Shown here in pieces: positions 20,949 to 29,387 of a stretch of 64,000 nucleotides of DNA. The position numbers were made by a program, and so were the translations under genes. The notes under the pieces are model-generated. The model saw only the letters and a program-made list of their open reading frames with translations. It was not told the DNA's origin and did no database searches. Numbering within the stretch: the stretch's first letter is position 1; each line of letters begins with the position of its first letter. Source of the stretch: Geminicoccaceae bacterium (lineage in GTDB: Bacteria > Pseudomonadota > Alphaproteobacteria > Geminicoccales > Geminicoccaceae); the NCBI GenBank assembly GCA_050729115.1, contig JBOHKK010000001.1:2947-66946 (forward strand), read 5' to 3'.

Positions 20949-22889
20949 GCTAGCCCGAAGTTACGTTGCGTAAAATGACATAGATCATTGATTCCAGGCA
21001 TGGATTTTGCCTAGCGGTGATTCTCGACTGGGAACGCGTCGATCAGGTCCTGGGCGCGGCGCTGGATCTCCGTGGGCGTGGTGATCTGGGTGAAGGTGGG
21101 GGCGTCGGGATCGGTCTTGAGGCGGCAGGTGTTGCGGCAGCGGGTGGCGAGCTCGGCGAGCAGGGTGTCGAAGCTGTGCAGCGGCAGGCCGTCCTCGGTG
21201 CGGCGGGTGGCCTTCTTGCGCTTGGCGTGCGGGGTAGGCGTCGCCGGGGCGACGGGGTCGCGGGTCTGGCGCTCCGGCTCCAGGGTGTCGTCGTCGAACA
21301 GCAGCGGCGCGAGAGCGCGGCGCAGGTGCCATTCGAGATAGGCGCTCAGGAGACAGAGGAAGACGTGGGCGCGGACCCGGCGCTCGTCGCGGTGGCGGAT
21401 CGGTCGGACCAGGATCTCGAGGCCCTTGAGGGTGCGAAACAGGCGCTCGACCTGGGCCAGGCCCTTGTAGGCGCGCACCGTGTCCGCGGCCGCGAGACGG
21501 GCCGCGGGCTCGCTGGTGCGGAGCACATAGATGCCGTCGAGGGCGGCCTCGGCGGCGATCGCCTGCTGGTCGCGGCGCCAGGCGAAGACGCCGTCGGCGA
21601 TGGCGAGCCGGAAGTGCTTGGCCACCTTGAAGCGGGCGATCACCCGGCCGACCATCTGGCCGATCGCGGCGGCCGAGAAGGGCGTCCTGGTCCGGCGTTG
21701 GACCTGGCGGGCGATCTTGGCCAGGTCCTTCTCGGTGGCGGCCAGGAGGGCCGCGCGCTTGCGCGCCCGCTCCTCGGCGAGCAGGGGATTGTAGCAGGCG
21801 ATCAGGCGCTCGCCCGGAAAGTCCGGTGCGGTGATCTCGGCCAGGTTCTGCTGGTCGAACAGCGAGAGCTGGAGGTGCTGGTGCGCGACCAGCTGGCGGA
21901 TGGCCGCTGACCTGAGGGCGGCGATCCAGCCGAGCTGGGGGTGTTCGCGCAGCCGCTCGATCTGGGTCTCGGTGCGCAGGCCGCGGTCGCCCACCAGGAC
22001 CACGCGCGCCAGCCCGAAGCGCTGCTTGAGCTTGTCCAGCTGGTCGGCGACGGTCGCCGGGTCGCCGGTGTTGCCCGGGGAGACCTCGACCGCCACCGGT
22101 CGGCCGCCGCGGCCGGTCAGCACGCCGTAGACCAGCTGGGTCTTGCCTTTCTTGCCGTCGCGGTTGTGACCGAAGCGCATGAGGGGACAACTCCGGCCCT
22201 CGTCGTAGCTGCTGGTCACGTCGTAAAAGACCGGCTGGCCGGCGCTCAGGTGCCGGCGGGCCAGGGCCTGCTCGATCCGCGCCTGGCGCGCGAGCAGCCA
22301 GTCCATGGCCCCATAGAGCTCGTCCACATCGGCCTCCTCGACGGCCAGTTCCTGCGCCAGGCTGGTGCTGTGCCAGAGCCGGGTGGTGGCGAGCTTGGAG
22401 GCGGGGTGGATCAGGCGCTCGAGGATCATCGCCAGGACCAGGTCGCGCTCGCGGCAGGGCTTGGCGGCGATCAGACGATCGAGGCCGAGGCGGCGCACCA
22501 TGGCCAGCAGCGCCGCGACATGGCCATGCGGCCACGAGCGTTCGATGGCAAAGGCGTCCTGGGCCGCGACCAGGCGCTCGCCCTTCAACAGGCGGCGCAG
22601 CGCCTGCACCTTGGCACCGGGCCAGTCGGTGAGATTGGCGAGGGTTCGCTTGCGGACCTTCTTGCCCTCGCGCCAGCCCTCGCGCAGCAGGATCGCGGGC
22701 CTCGATTTGCGGTTGGGGACGGTCTCGATGTACATGGGAACCATACTACCATAAACCTACCACCAATTCAATCCGAATAATCCCGTATACATGGGAACAT
22801 ACCGGTCGGCGCACAGGCCACCATCCGCTAGCAAATTCAACGCCATATGCGAACCTGACTCCTCAAGTTCAGGGCAACTTCGGGCTAGC
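20949..22889 (-). mobile_element. IS element (IS1634-like, IS4 superfamily), about 1.94 kb
   Basis: 14-bp perfect terminal inverted repeats: GCTAGCCCGAAGTT at 20949..20962 and AACTTCGGGCTAGC at 22876..22889. The sub-terminal regions are AT-richer and flank a single 577-aa transposase ORF. I could not identify a target-site duplication. Confidence 0.8.
21011..22744 (-). CDS. IS1634-family (IS4 superfamily) DDE transposase
   Basis: 577 aa. The N-terminus MYIETVPNRKSRPAILLREGWREGKKVRKRTLANLTDWP and the internal FYDVTSSY..., VLVGDRG and YKGLAQVERLFRTLK segments are typical of this transposase family. ATGs at 22744 and 22735. Confidence 0.85.
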   Translation of the reverse strand: MVPMYIETVPNRKSRPAILLREGWREGKKVRKRTLANLTDWPGAKVQALRRLLKGERLVAAQDAFAIERSWPHGHVAALLAMVRRLGLDRLIAAKPCRERDLVLAMILERLIHPASKLATTRLWHSTSLAQELAVEEADVDELYGAMDWLLARQARIEQALARRHLSAGQPVFYDVTSSYDEGRSCPLMRFGHNRDGKKGKTQLVYGVLTGRGGRPVAVEVSPGNTGDPATVADQLDKLKQRFGLARVVLVGDRGLRTETQIERLREHPQLGWIAALRSAAIRQLVAHQHLQLSLFDQQNLAEITAPDFPGERLIACYNPLLAEERARKRAALLAATEKDLAKIARQVQRRTRTPFSAAAIGQMVGRVIARFKVAKHFRLAIADGVFAWRRDQQAIAAEAALDGIYVLRTSEPAARLAAADTVRAYKGLAQVERLFRTLKGLEILVRPIRHRDERRVRAHVFLCLLSAYLEWHLRRALAPLLFDDDTLEPERQTRDPVAPATPTPHAKRKKATRRTEDGLPLHSFDTLLAELATRCRNTCRLKTDPDAPTFTQITTPTEIQRRAQDLIDAFPVENHR

Positions 22890-22909
22890 CGAGCGGCTGT
22901 CGTCGGCCA

Positions 22910-23203
22910 TCAGTCGCCTCCTTGTCCGATCACCCGTGAGGGAAAGCCGACGCCAGCGGTGGCCTCGGTTAGGGCTGCCACGGTCGTCCTGGCATCATCG
23001 AACGTCACCACTGCCATCTTTTCGGTGTAGGAGACCTCGGCGCGCGCAACTCCCGGCACCTCCTGCAGAACCGTCCGCACGATGTAGGGGCAGCTCGCAC
23101 AGGTCATGCGGTCGACGGCGAGCGTCACGGTGCGCTCGGCCGCGGTGGCGGCGAGGCTGGCGAGGAGGGTCGCGGACACTGCGGCGGCGAGGAGACGGGA
23201 CAT
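22910..23203 (-). CDS. merP: periplasmic mercury-binding protein MerP
   Basis: ATG at 23201..23203 with an AAGGAG RBS. Signal peptide, then VTLAVDRMTCASCPYIVRTVLQEVPGV (HMA fold with the MTCxxC motif). Confidence 0.9.
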   Translation of the reverse strand: MSRLLAAAVSATLLASLAATAAERTVTLAVDRMTCASCPYIVRTVLQEVPGVARAEVSYTEKMAVVTFDDARTTVAALTEATAGVGFPSRVIGQGGD

Positions 23204-23223
23204 TCGGTGGATCTCCTTCTCTT

Positions 23224-23625
23224 TCAGGTGCCGAGGAGCGCAGGCGCGACGTAGGGGAAGGCAAGCGCGGCGGCGACCAGTCCGGTCGCCAGCCACAAGC
23301 TGGTCTTGACGATGCGGTCCGACAGCGGCCGCGCGCAGGCTGCGCCGTCAGTGCAGGCAGGCTTTGGCCGCAGGTAGACGAGCCAGAAACCAGCCCCGAG
23401 GAAGGCGAGCGTGATCGCAACGAAGATCGGCTGGTATGGTGAAAGCGCCGTCAGGGTGCCGATCCAGGCGCCGCCGAGCCCGAGGCTGAACAGCACGAGC
23501 GGCAGGATGCAGCAGGACATCGACGCGAACGCGCCCAGCATACCGCCGGCCGCGAGCCATGCCCGCCGCTTCTCCGTCCGCACCGTCCGACCGTGCGGCG
23601 GCTGCTTCAGCTGAATCGCCTGCAT
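23224..23625 (-). CDS. merT: mercury transporter MerT
   Basis: 133 aa. TM1 reads SMSCCILPLVLFSLGLGGAW (CC pair). A second Cys pair lies in the cytoplasmic loop (KPACTDGAACA). This is MerT architecture. Confidence 0.88.
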   Translation of the reverse strand: MQAIQLKQPPHGRTVRTEKRRAWLAAGGMLGAFASMSCCILPLVLFSLGLGGAWIGTLTALSPYQPIFVAITLAFLGAGFWLVYLRPKPACTDGAACARPLSDRIVKTSLWLATGLVAAALAFPYVAPALLGT

Positions 23626-23655
23626 CGCCCTTGACCTTTTCTTTGCGACACCAGG

Positions 23656-23686
23656 AACCTAGGTCCTGTAGCGGGTACAGGTTCAA
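23656..23686 (-). promoter_or_regulatory. MerR-type mer promoter/operator (19-bp spacer with dyad)
   Basis: Minus strand: TTGAAC - ctgtacccgctacaggacc (19 nt) - TAGGTT. The spacer contains the inverted repeat CCTGTA-N5-TACAGG. It lies between divergent merR and merT. Confidence 0.7.
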
Positions 23687-23728
23687 GGGGCTTTGTGGGA
23701 TCCGAGTTCACGGATACGGGAGCGGGCG

Positions 23729-24124
23729 ATGCGGCGTGGTGAGCTGGCGGAGCGGAGCGGCTGCAACATCGAGACGGTCAGGTTCTACGAGAAGCAGGGG
23801 CTGCTGCCGGCTCCGCCGCGCACGGCCGGCGGTCACCGCGACTATGCTTTCGAGCACCTGAAGCGGCTCACCTTCATCCGTCGCTCGCGTGAGCTCGGCT
23901 TCACGCTTGGAGAAGTGCGCAGTCTGCTCGGGCTGGTCGATGGCGGTGACTGGACTTGCGCTGAGGTCAGGGCGATGACCCTGGAACACCTCGCGGACGT
24001 CCGGCGCAAGATCGCCGACCTCGAGCGGCTCGCTCGAATCCTCGAAGAGATGGCGGCGCGGTGCGAGGGCGGCGCCGTACCCGAGTGCCCGATCGTCGAC
24101 GCCCTCTTACAGGATCCTCTCTAA
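23729..24124 (+). CDS. merR: Hg(II)-responsive transcriptional regulator MerR
   Basis: ATG at 23729 with a GGGAG RBS. HTH is ELAERSGCNIETVRFYEKQGLL. Three Cys are spaced C-35-C-8-C (TCAEV...ARCEGGAVPEC). Divergent from merTP. Confidence 0.85.
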   Translation: MRRGELAERSGCNIETVRFYEKQGLLPAPPRTAGGHRDYAFEHLKRLTFIRRSRELGFTLGEVRSLLGLVDGGDWTCAEVRAMTLEHLADVRRKIADLERLARILEEMAARCEGGAVPECPIVDALLQDPL

Positions 24125-24253
24125 ACCACTTCGTGGCATTCCCTGCGCCTGCGGCGGCTGCCAGCATATCTACGGAGTTCGAGCTGAGCGCTCTGGAGGG
24201 ATCGCCGCCGGTGGCCATTCTTCGCGATGCCTCCGTTGGCTTTGCTGAGCTGC

Positions 24254-26707
24254 TCAGGCAGGCTGTGGCGCCGCCTCCCCGACCGGGCGGCCGACACTCA
24301 GGATGGCGTCAAAGAACAGCCGCGGGCGGCCCCAGAGCGAGTTGAAGAAGATCGTGGTCACGCTGACCGCCATCGCCGCCATCGCCCAGACCGGGTAGAG
24401 CAGCCCGGTCGCGGCGATCGGGATGCCGATGCCGTTGAACATGAAGGCGAGCGTCACGTTCTGCACCATCTTGCGGTAGCCGCGCCGGCTGGTCTCGTAG
24501 GCGAGGGGCAGCGCGTCGAGCCGGTTCGACAGGATGATGATATCGGCCGAATCGATCGCGATGTCGGTGCCGCCGCCCATGGCGATGCCGATATCGGCCT
24601 GCATCAGCGCCGGCGCGTCGTTGATCCCGTCGCCGACCATCGCCACCCGGCCGCCGCCCTGGAGTCGGCGCACGATCTCGGCCTTCTGATCCGGCAGCAC
24701 GCCCGCGTGAACCTCCTCGATCCCAGCCTCCTGCGCAATGCGCCGCGCTGCGCGCTCATTATCACCCGTGAGCAGCACGGTCCTGAGCCCGGCCTTGCGC
24801 AGCGTGGCGACCGTCTCGACGGCATCCGGTCTCAGTCCGTCCCCTAGGGCAAGGAGCCCCAGGGCGCGCCCGTCGCGGCCGACCGCGATCACCGTCCGCC
24901 CGGCATGCTCGAGCGCGCTGATCCGCTCGGTGAGGGGCGCGAGATCGATGCCGCGATCGGCCACGAACGTCGGGCTGCCAACCACGACCTCACCGCTGTC
25001 GATGCGGGCGATGACGCCCTGGCCCGGGACCGCCTCGAAGGAGTCGACGTCCGGGGGAACCACGCCGCGATCGAACGCGGTCCTGACCACCGCCTGTGCC
25101 AGAGGATGCTCGGAGGACGCCTCGGCGGCCGCCGCGACGCCGAGAAGGTCGTTCTCGCCGCCATCGAGCGTTTCGATCTCCTGAACGACCGGACGCCCTT
25201 CGGTGAGCGTGCCCGTCTTGTCCAGGATGACGGTGCGCACCAGACGGAACCCCTGGAACGCCTCGCCGGTGCGCATCAGAATGCCGTGCTCGGCGGCCTC
25301 GCCGGCGCCGCGCACGATCGACAGCGGCGCCGAGATGCCGACCGCGCAGGGATAGCCCATGACCAGGACGCTCAGGCCGGCGAACACCGCCCGCTCGACG
25401 TCCGGCTGTCCCGCGAAGAGCCAGGAGCCGAAGAACCAGGCGATGAAGGCCAGGCCCGAAAGTGCCAGAACGGTCGGCGTATAGACGCGCAGCACCCGGT
25501 CGACCAGATGCAGGAGCCCGGGCTTGAGCGCCCGGGCGTCTTCGACCTCGCGGATGACCTTGTGCAGAAAGCTTTCCTCGCCGACCGCGGTCACCTTCAC
25601 CAGAAGCGTACCGGTGCCGTTGATCGAGCCGCCGATCACCGCGTCGCCTTCCTGCTTCTCGACCGGGATCGGCTCGCCGGTGACGAGCGCCTGGTCCACG
25701 GCCGAATGGCCGCTGACCACCTGCCCGTCGACGGGGACGCGCTCGCCCGGGCGGATCCGCACCAGGTCTCCCACGACCACCGCCTCGATCGGCACCTCCA
25801 GCTCTTCGCCGTCGCGCTCGACCCGGGCGGTCTCCGGCTGCAGGTCCAGCAGCCGCTTCACCGCCTGGGAGCTTCGCGTTTTCACGATCAGCGACAGCCA
25901 CTCGGAGAAGATGTGGTAGGTGGTGATCAGCACCGAGACGGCGAAGAACGCTGCGGTCGGATAGTTGGGCGGAGCGAAGATCAGTCCGATGAGGCCACCG
26001 ACGAGGCCGGCGAAGGCGCCGGCTTCGAGCAGTACGTGCTGATTGAGGATGCCCCGGCGCAGCGCCTGGACGGCCATGACCAAGATGTGCTGTCCGACGA
26101 CGAACACCAGCGTGACCGCCAGCGCTGCCGCCAGCCAGGGGATTGCTTGGCCGAGCAGGCCTTGCTGCTTGAGGAGCAGCAACCCCAGCGCTACCGCGCT
26201 CACGCCCACAGCGCCGCCTACCGCCGTCCAAAGGCCACGCGCCCGCAGGACGAGGAAGATGAAGCCCAAGAGACTGGCGATCACGATGCCGTGCAAAAGG
26301 ATCGTGGGGGCGGCGGTGAAGTTGCCGATCAGTGCGATGGTGAGGAGGCTGAAGGCGGTGGCGATCAGGAAGCGACGGCCTTCCCGCACCAGATCCTGCT
26401 CCTCCTCCTCGAACGGCCGGACCTTGCGCGGGTCATGGATCGTATAGCCGATGTCGCGGAGGGTCTGCAGCAGCGCCTCGGCGCGGATGACGGCGGGGTC
26501 GAACTCGACCAGCGTCTGCTCATGCGTCAGGCTCACGGCGACCCTATCGACGCCGGGCAGGCGCCCGAGCGCCTTCTCGATCGTGCCGGTGCAGAGCGAG
26601 CAGTGCAGCCCGCCGATGCGGGCGCGGATACGCGTCCGGTTCGGGCGGCTCGCTGGCTCCTCGCTCCATGGGCGGTGAATTGGCTCGGACACTGCTGCCG
26701 TGCTCAT
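24254..26707 (-). CDS. heavy-metal P1B-type ATPase with N-terminal HMA domain and atypical YPC transmembrane motif
   Basis: ATG at 26705..26707 with a GGAGG RBS. HMA is GGLHCSLCTGTIEKAL. Also [27 protein letters not shown] and GDGINDAPAL. The metal-binding TM helix reads MGYPCAVGISAP instead of CPC. The last TMs read NVTLAFMFNGIGIP and AMAAMAVSVTT. Confidence 0.88.
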   Translation of the reverse strand: MSTAAVSEPIHRPWSEEPASRPNRTRIRARIGGLHCSLCTGTIEKALGRLPGVDRVAVSLTHEQTLVEFDPAVIRAEALLQTLRDIGYTIHDPRKVRPFEEEEQDLVREGRRFLIATAFSLLTIALIGNFTAAPTILLHGIVIASLLGFIFLVLRARGLWTAVGGAVGVSAVALGLLLLKQQGLLGQAIPWLAAALAVTLVFVVGQHILVMAVQALRRGILNQHVLLEAGAFAGLVGGLIGLIFAPPNYPTAAFFAVSVLITTYHIFSEWLSLIVKTRSSQAVKRLLDLQPETARVERDGEELEVPIEAVVVGDLVRIRPGERVPVDGQVVSGHSAVDQALVTGEPIPVEKQEGDAVIGGSINGTGTLLVKVTAVGEESFLHKVIREVEDARALKPGLLHLVDRVLRVYTPTVLALSGLAFIAWFFGSWLFAGQPDVERAVFAGLSVLVMGYPCAVGISAPLSIVRGAGEAAEHGILMRTGEAFQGFRLVRTVILDKTGTLTEGRPVVQEIETLDGGENDLLGVAAAAEASSEHPLAQAVVRTAFDRGVVPPDVDSFEAVPGQGVIARIDSGEVVVGSPTFVADRGIDLAPLTERISALEHAGRTVIAVGRDGRALGLLALGDGLRPDAVETVATLRKAGLRTVLLTGDNERAARRIAQEAGIEEVHAGVLPDQKAEIVRRLQGGGRVAMVGDGINDAPALMQADIGIAMGGGTDIAIDSADIIILSNRLDALPLAYETSRRGYRKMVQNVTLAFMFNGIGIPIAATGLLYPVWAMAAMAVSVTTIFFNSLWGRPRLFFDAILSVGRPVGEAAPQPA

Positions 26708-26834
26708 TGCTGAGACCTCCGGTTCCAAACCGTGGTCGGCGAACCCGCCGACATCGATCGAATTGAATGTGGGGTCCCTACCTACATACGGAGTCAAGCT
26801 CTCTTGCTTCGCTGAACGGCGGTGTTTGCGCGCG

Positions 26835-27509
26835 CTACGCCTTGATGTCGACGAGCAGGCCGAAGCCGATCGACCAGAGGCCCAACGCGATCAGCAGCAA
26901 GCCCGTCCAGAACGGCAGCCGCCTCGACAGTCTCGCCAGCCAGTCGAGCATCCGCCGCGCCGGCTCGAGGAGCACCGCCAGGACGAGGGGCAGAGAGAGC
27001 GCGAAGCCGAAGAGCCCGAGAGAGACGAACCCGGCGGCGAGCGTCGCGCCGGCGACGCCGCCGGCCGCCGCCGTGCCAAGCAGGGCGAAGATCAAGGGCG
27101 CTGCGCACGCCGGGATGTTGAGGCCGAACAGGACGCCCAGACCCGTGGAGCCGCCTACCCCGGAGATCCGGTCCAGGCGAGGCCCCAAGGAGATCATCAA
27201 GACGTTCGCCCTGCCCGCGAGGTAGATGGCCCCGATCGCGACATAGACCGCGCCGAGACCGATCCAGGCGCCCTTCTGGAGGCCCAGGAACATCGCGCCG
27301 ACCACGACCGCCAGCATCCCCAGCGCCCCGATGAAGAGCGCGCGGGCGGCGGCAAACGCCATGACCTGCGCGAGCTTGGCCGCCGCCGTCCTGCCCTCGA
27401 GATACTTAATGAACACCAGGCTCGATCCGATCGAGCACGGCTCGATAAAGCCCAACAGGCCGAGCCCGATCGGCAGCACCACAAGGTTGATCAGCCCGAA
27501 GTCGGTCAC
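26835..27509 (-). CDS. CcdA/DsbD-transmembrane-domain family protein (DsbD_2-like)
   Basis: 224 aa, about 6 TM, with two conserved Cys in TM helices (FIEPCSIGS and NIPACAAPL). Confidence 0.75.
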   Translation of the reverse strand: MTDFGLINLVVLPIGLGLLGFIEPCSIGSSLVFIKYLEGRTAAAKLAQVMAFAAARALFIGALGMLAVVVGAMFLGLQKGAWIGLGAVYVAIGAIYLAGRANVLMISLGPRLDRISGVGGSTGLGVLFGLNIPACAAPLIFALLGTAAAGGVAGATLAAGFVSLGLFGFALSLPLVLAVLLEPARRMLDWLARLSRRLPFWTGLLLIALGLWSIGFGLLVDIKA

Positions 27510-27724
27510 GGCTTACGAGCCGGAACCCGATAGCCACCCTTTTCGATCACCCTGACCAACTGGTCTTCGCTGGCGGTCTGCGGGTCATAGAGGATTCGCG
27601 CCCGGCGGTCCTTGTAGGAAATCTCGGCGGCCCGTACGCCCGGCTGCGCATCGATCAGAGCTTTGATCGTCTCAGCGCAACCCCCGCAGTGCATGCCTTC
27701 GATCGTGAGCGTGACGGATTTCAT
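27506..27724 (-). CDS. cytoplasmic heavy-metal-associated (HMA) domain protein (CopZ/MerP-like, no signal peptide)
   Basis: 72 aa. MKSVTLTIEGMHCGGCAETIKALI carries the GMxCxxC motif. Start and stop overlap the neighbouring genes. Confidence 0.88.
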   Translation of the reverse strand: MKSVTLTIEGMHCGGCAETIKALIDAQPGVRAAEISYKDRRARILYDPQTASEDQLVRVIEKGGYRVPARKP

Positions 27725-28197
27725 GTCAGTGCTCCGTCGTGTGCTTGAGAAGCGCTCCTCGACCGCGGTTGCCGGACGACCTCGAGCGCTTCAAGGATCG
27801 TGCACGCCCGCAGCGCCCCGTGACCCGGGCACGCCGCGATGATGTCTTCGAGGGCGCCACGAATCCGCTCCAGCTCGGCGATCTTCCGATGGACTTCCTT
27901 GACCTTCGCCGTGGCTCTTTCGCGCACGTCCCTGCAATCGGCCGAAGGATCTGCCCGCAGCGACAGCAGTTCTTTGATCTCGCGCAGCGAGAAGCCGATC
28001 TGCTGGGCCTGCCGGACGAACTGGATTCGCCTCACCGTATCGGTCGAGTAAACCCGATAGCCGGCGCCATCGGGCTTCGGCGGCTGCTCGATCAGCCCGC
28101 GCCGCTCGTAAAAGCGAATCGTCTCGACGCCGACGCCCGCCGCCCGGGCCGCCTTGCCAATCGTCACTGCTTTCATCGTCTGTTCTCGACCGTTCAC
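27721..28197 (-). CDS. MerR family metal-responsive regulator with Hg/Pb-type three-Cys spacing
   Basis: HTH is IGKAARAAGVGVETIRFYERRGLI. Cys are spaced C-35-C-9-C (SADCRD...AACPGHGALRAC). The GTG at 28197 has an AGGAG RBS. An alternative ATG is at 28176. Confidence 0.85.
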   Translation of the reverse strand: MNGREQTMKAVTIGKAARAAGVGVETIRFYERRGLIEQPPKPDGAGYRVYSTDTVRRIQFVRQAQQIGFSLREIKELLSLRADPSADCRDVRERATAKVKEVHRKIAELERIRGALEDIIAACPGHGALRACTILEALEVVRQPRSRSASQAHDGALT

Positions 28198-28210
28198 GCA
28201 CCCCGCTCCT

Positions 28211-28241
28211 GATATAGGGTCCGTATCATGGTCCGGAGCAA
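28211..28241 (-). promoter_or_regulatory. putative MerR-type promoter/operator for the merR2-HMA-ccdA-ATPase operon
   Basis: Minus strand: TTGCTC - 19 nt - TATATC. On the plus strand the spacer reads TCCGTATCATGGTCCGGA. This resembles the classical mer operator dyad TCCGTAC-ATGA-GTACGGA, with an imperfect right arm. Confidence 0.4.
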
Positions 28242-28272
28242 GCGGGCGGCGTGGACCGCATATCCCTTGAAA

Positions 28273-28485
28273 TCAACGCACGAAAAATGCCACCGCCGTC
28301 TTCGAGGCAATCGTTGCGTCCAGAAGCCGTCCGTCTCGAACGTGGATCACGCGGTCCGCCAGCCGGGCCAGGTCTTCCGCGTGCGTCACCACGAGCACTG
28401 TCCGCTCCGTCAAGATTTCCGGCAGAAGCCCGTAGATCATCTGACCGGATCGCGAATTGAGATTGCTTCTGCCGACTCAGCCGGA
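28273..28485 (-). pseudogene. remnant of an ABC transporter ATP-binding protein (C-terminal about 65 codons)
   Basis: My own translation: GRSNLNSRSGQMIYGLLPEILTERTVLVVTHAEDLARLADRVIHVRDGRLLD...*. This is the region after Walker B, including the H-loop VTH, of a LolD/MacB-like ATPase. An in-frame TGA lies directly upstream, and no Walker A or signature region is intact. Confidence 0.6.
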
Positions 28486-28826
28486 TCGGCCTTTGGGCCG
28501 AGGCGATGCAGGTCGCAGCGGCTATAAACGATGTCAGCTCGACGGCGGGTGGATGGCGCTCGGCCAGGAAGCGCCTGGCTTTGCGCAGTGAAGGCGGCGC
28601 CCTCCCGCGATCGCCGGGGCGAGGCGCTGGAGCAAGCCTATAGTGACTTCGATGATGTTCTCTCAGGCGGTGACGTGAGTGAACGGCGGCGTCGCCGTCG
28701 CGCTGGCGCTTGGCTGGGCGCAGATCGCCGTCGCAGCAGCTGCCGATCGCGTCATCCGGCCGTCGGACGGAGCACGGGCCGGAAGCGGCCCATTTGAGCA
28801 AGCGGACATCCGCCCGGTACGGCGGA

Positions 28827-29387
28827 TCAGGCGTAGGCCTCATCGCAGCGCCGGGCGGCCACTCGTAGCGTCAGCGCCGTCCCCGCCAGCAGGAAGACGA
28901 ACGCCGCCGGGATCATCAGCCCCATGAGCGTGACCAGCGATGCCGTGACCTGAACGCCCAGCAGGACGAACAGCATGGGCGCGCAGCACGCGCTGCCTGC
29001 GAGCAGCCCCGGCAGACCCGCAAGCACCCCCGTAGCCGGCCTGAGGCCGCAGGCGACGGCGCAGCGTCGGGCGATGCGCACCAGTGCGATCTGGCATCCG
29101 GTGAGCAGGCCGAGCGCCAGGCCGATGGCGATGTTCATCGGCGAGATCAGCCACACCAGGTAAGGCGTCTCCAGGATCGCCACCGCCTCGAACTGGAAAG
29201 GCGCCCGCTCGCGCAGGAGCAGACTCTCCCAGTTCGGCACTATGAAAATCGAGGTCGGGCGAGAGGCACCATCGATCGTCAGATCAGCCACGGCGATCTG
29301 GAACACCGCCAGATATACCAGTGCGATGCCCCAGACGAGGACTTGGCTGGCCGGGTCGGTGAGAAGACGCCGCAGGATCTCACTCAT
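28827..29387 (-). CDS. hypothetical Cys-rich polytopic membrane protein
   Basis: The ATG at 29385..29387 overlaps the DUF3179 gene's stop by 8 nt. Cys sit in TM helices (LLTGCQIAL, RRCAVACGL, AGSACCAPMLF). Confidence 0.6.
   Translation of the reverse strand: MSEILRRLLTDPASQVLVWGIALVYLAVFQIAVADLTIDGASRPTSIFIVPNWESLLLRERAPFQFEAVAILETPYLVWLISPMNIAIGLALGLLTGCQIALVRIARRCAVACGLRPATGVLAGLPGLLAGSACCAPMLFVLLGVQVTASLVTLMGLMIPAAFVFLLAGTALTLRVAARRCDEAYA

Noticed and set aside
20985-22535. 516-aa alternative-frame ORF within the IS
   Set aside because: Out of frame with the 577-aa transposase, which carries the recognisable family motifs. It is Pro/Arg-rich.
20941-22897. Target-site duplication flanking the IS
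   Set aside because: The flanks (cgtgata / cgagcgg) do not match. Either there is no TSD or the true ends differ from the 14-bp IRs I can see.
24905-26713. 602-aa plus-strand ORF and 413-aa minus-strand ORF (24990..26231) overlapping the first P-type ATPase
   Set aside because: Antisense or out-of-frame shadows of a gene with complete ATPase motifs. Their composition is dominated by R, G, D and A.
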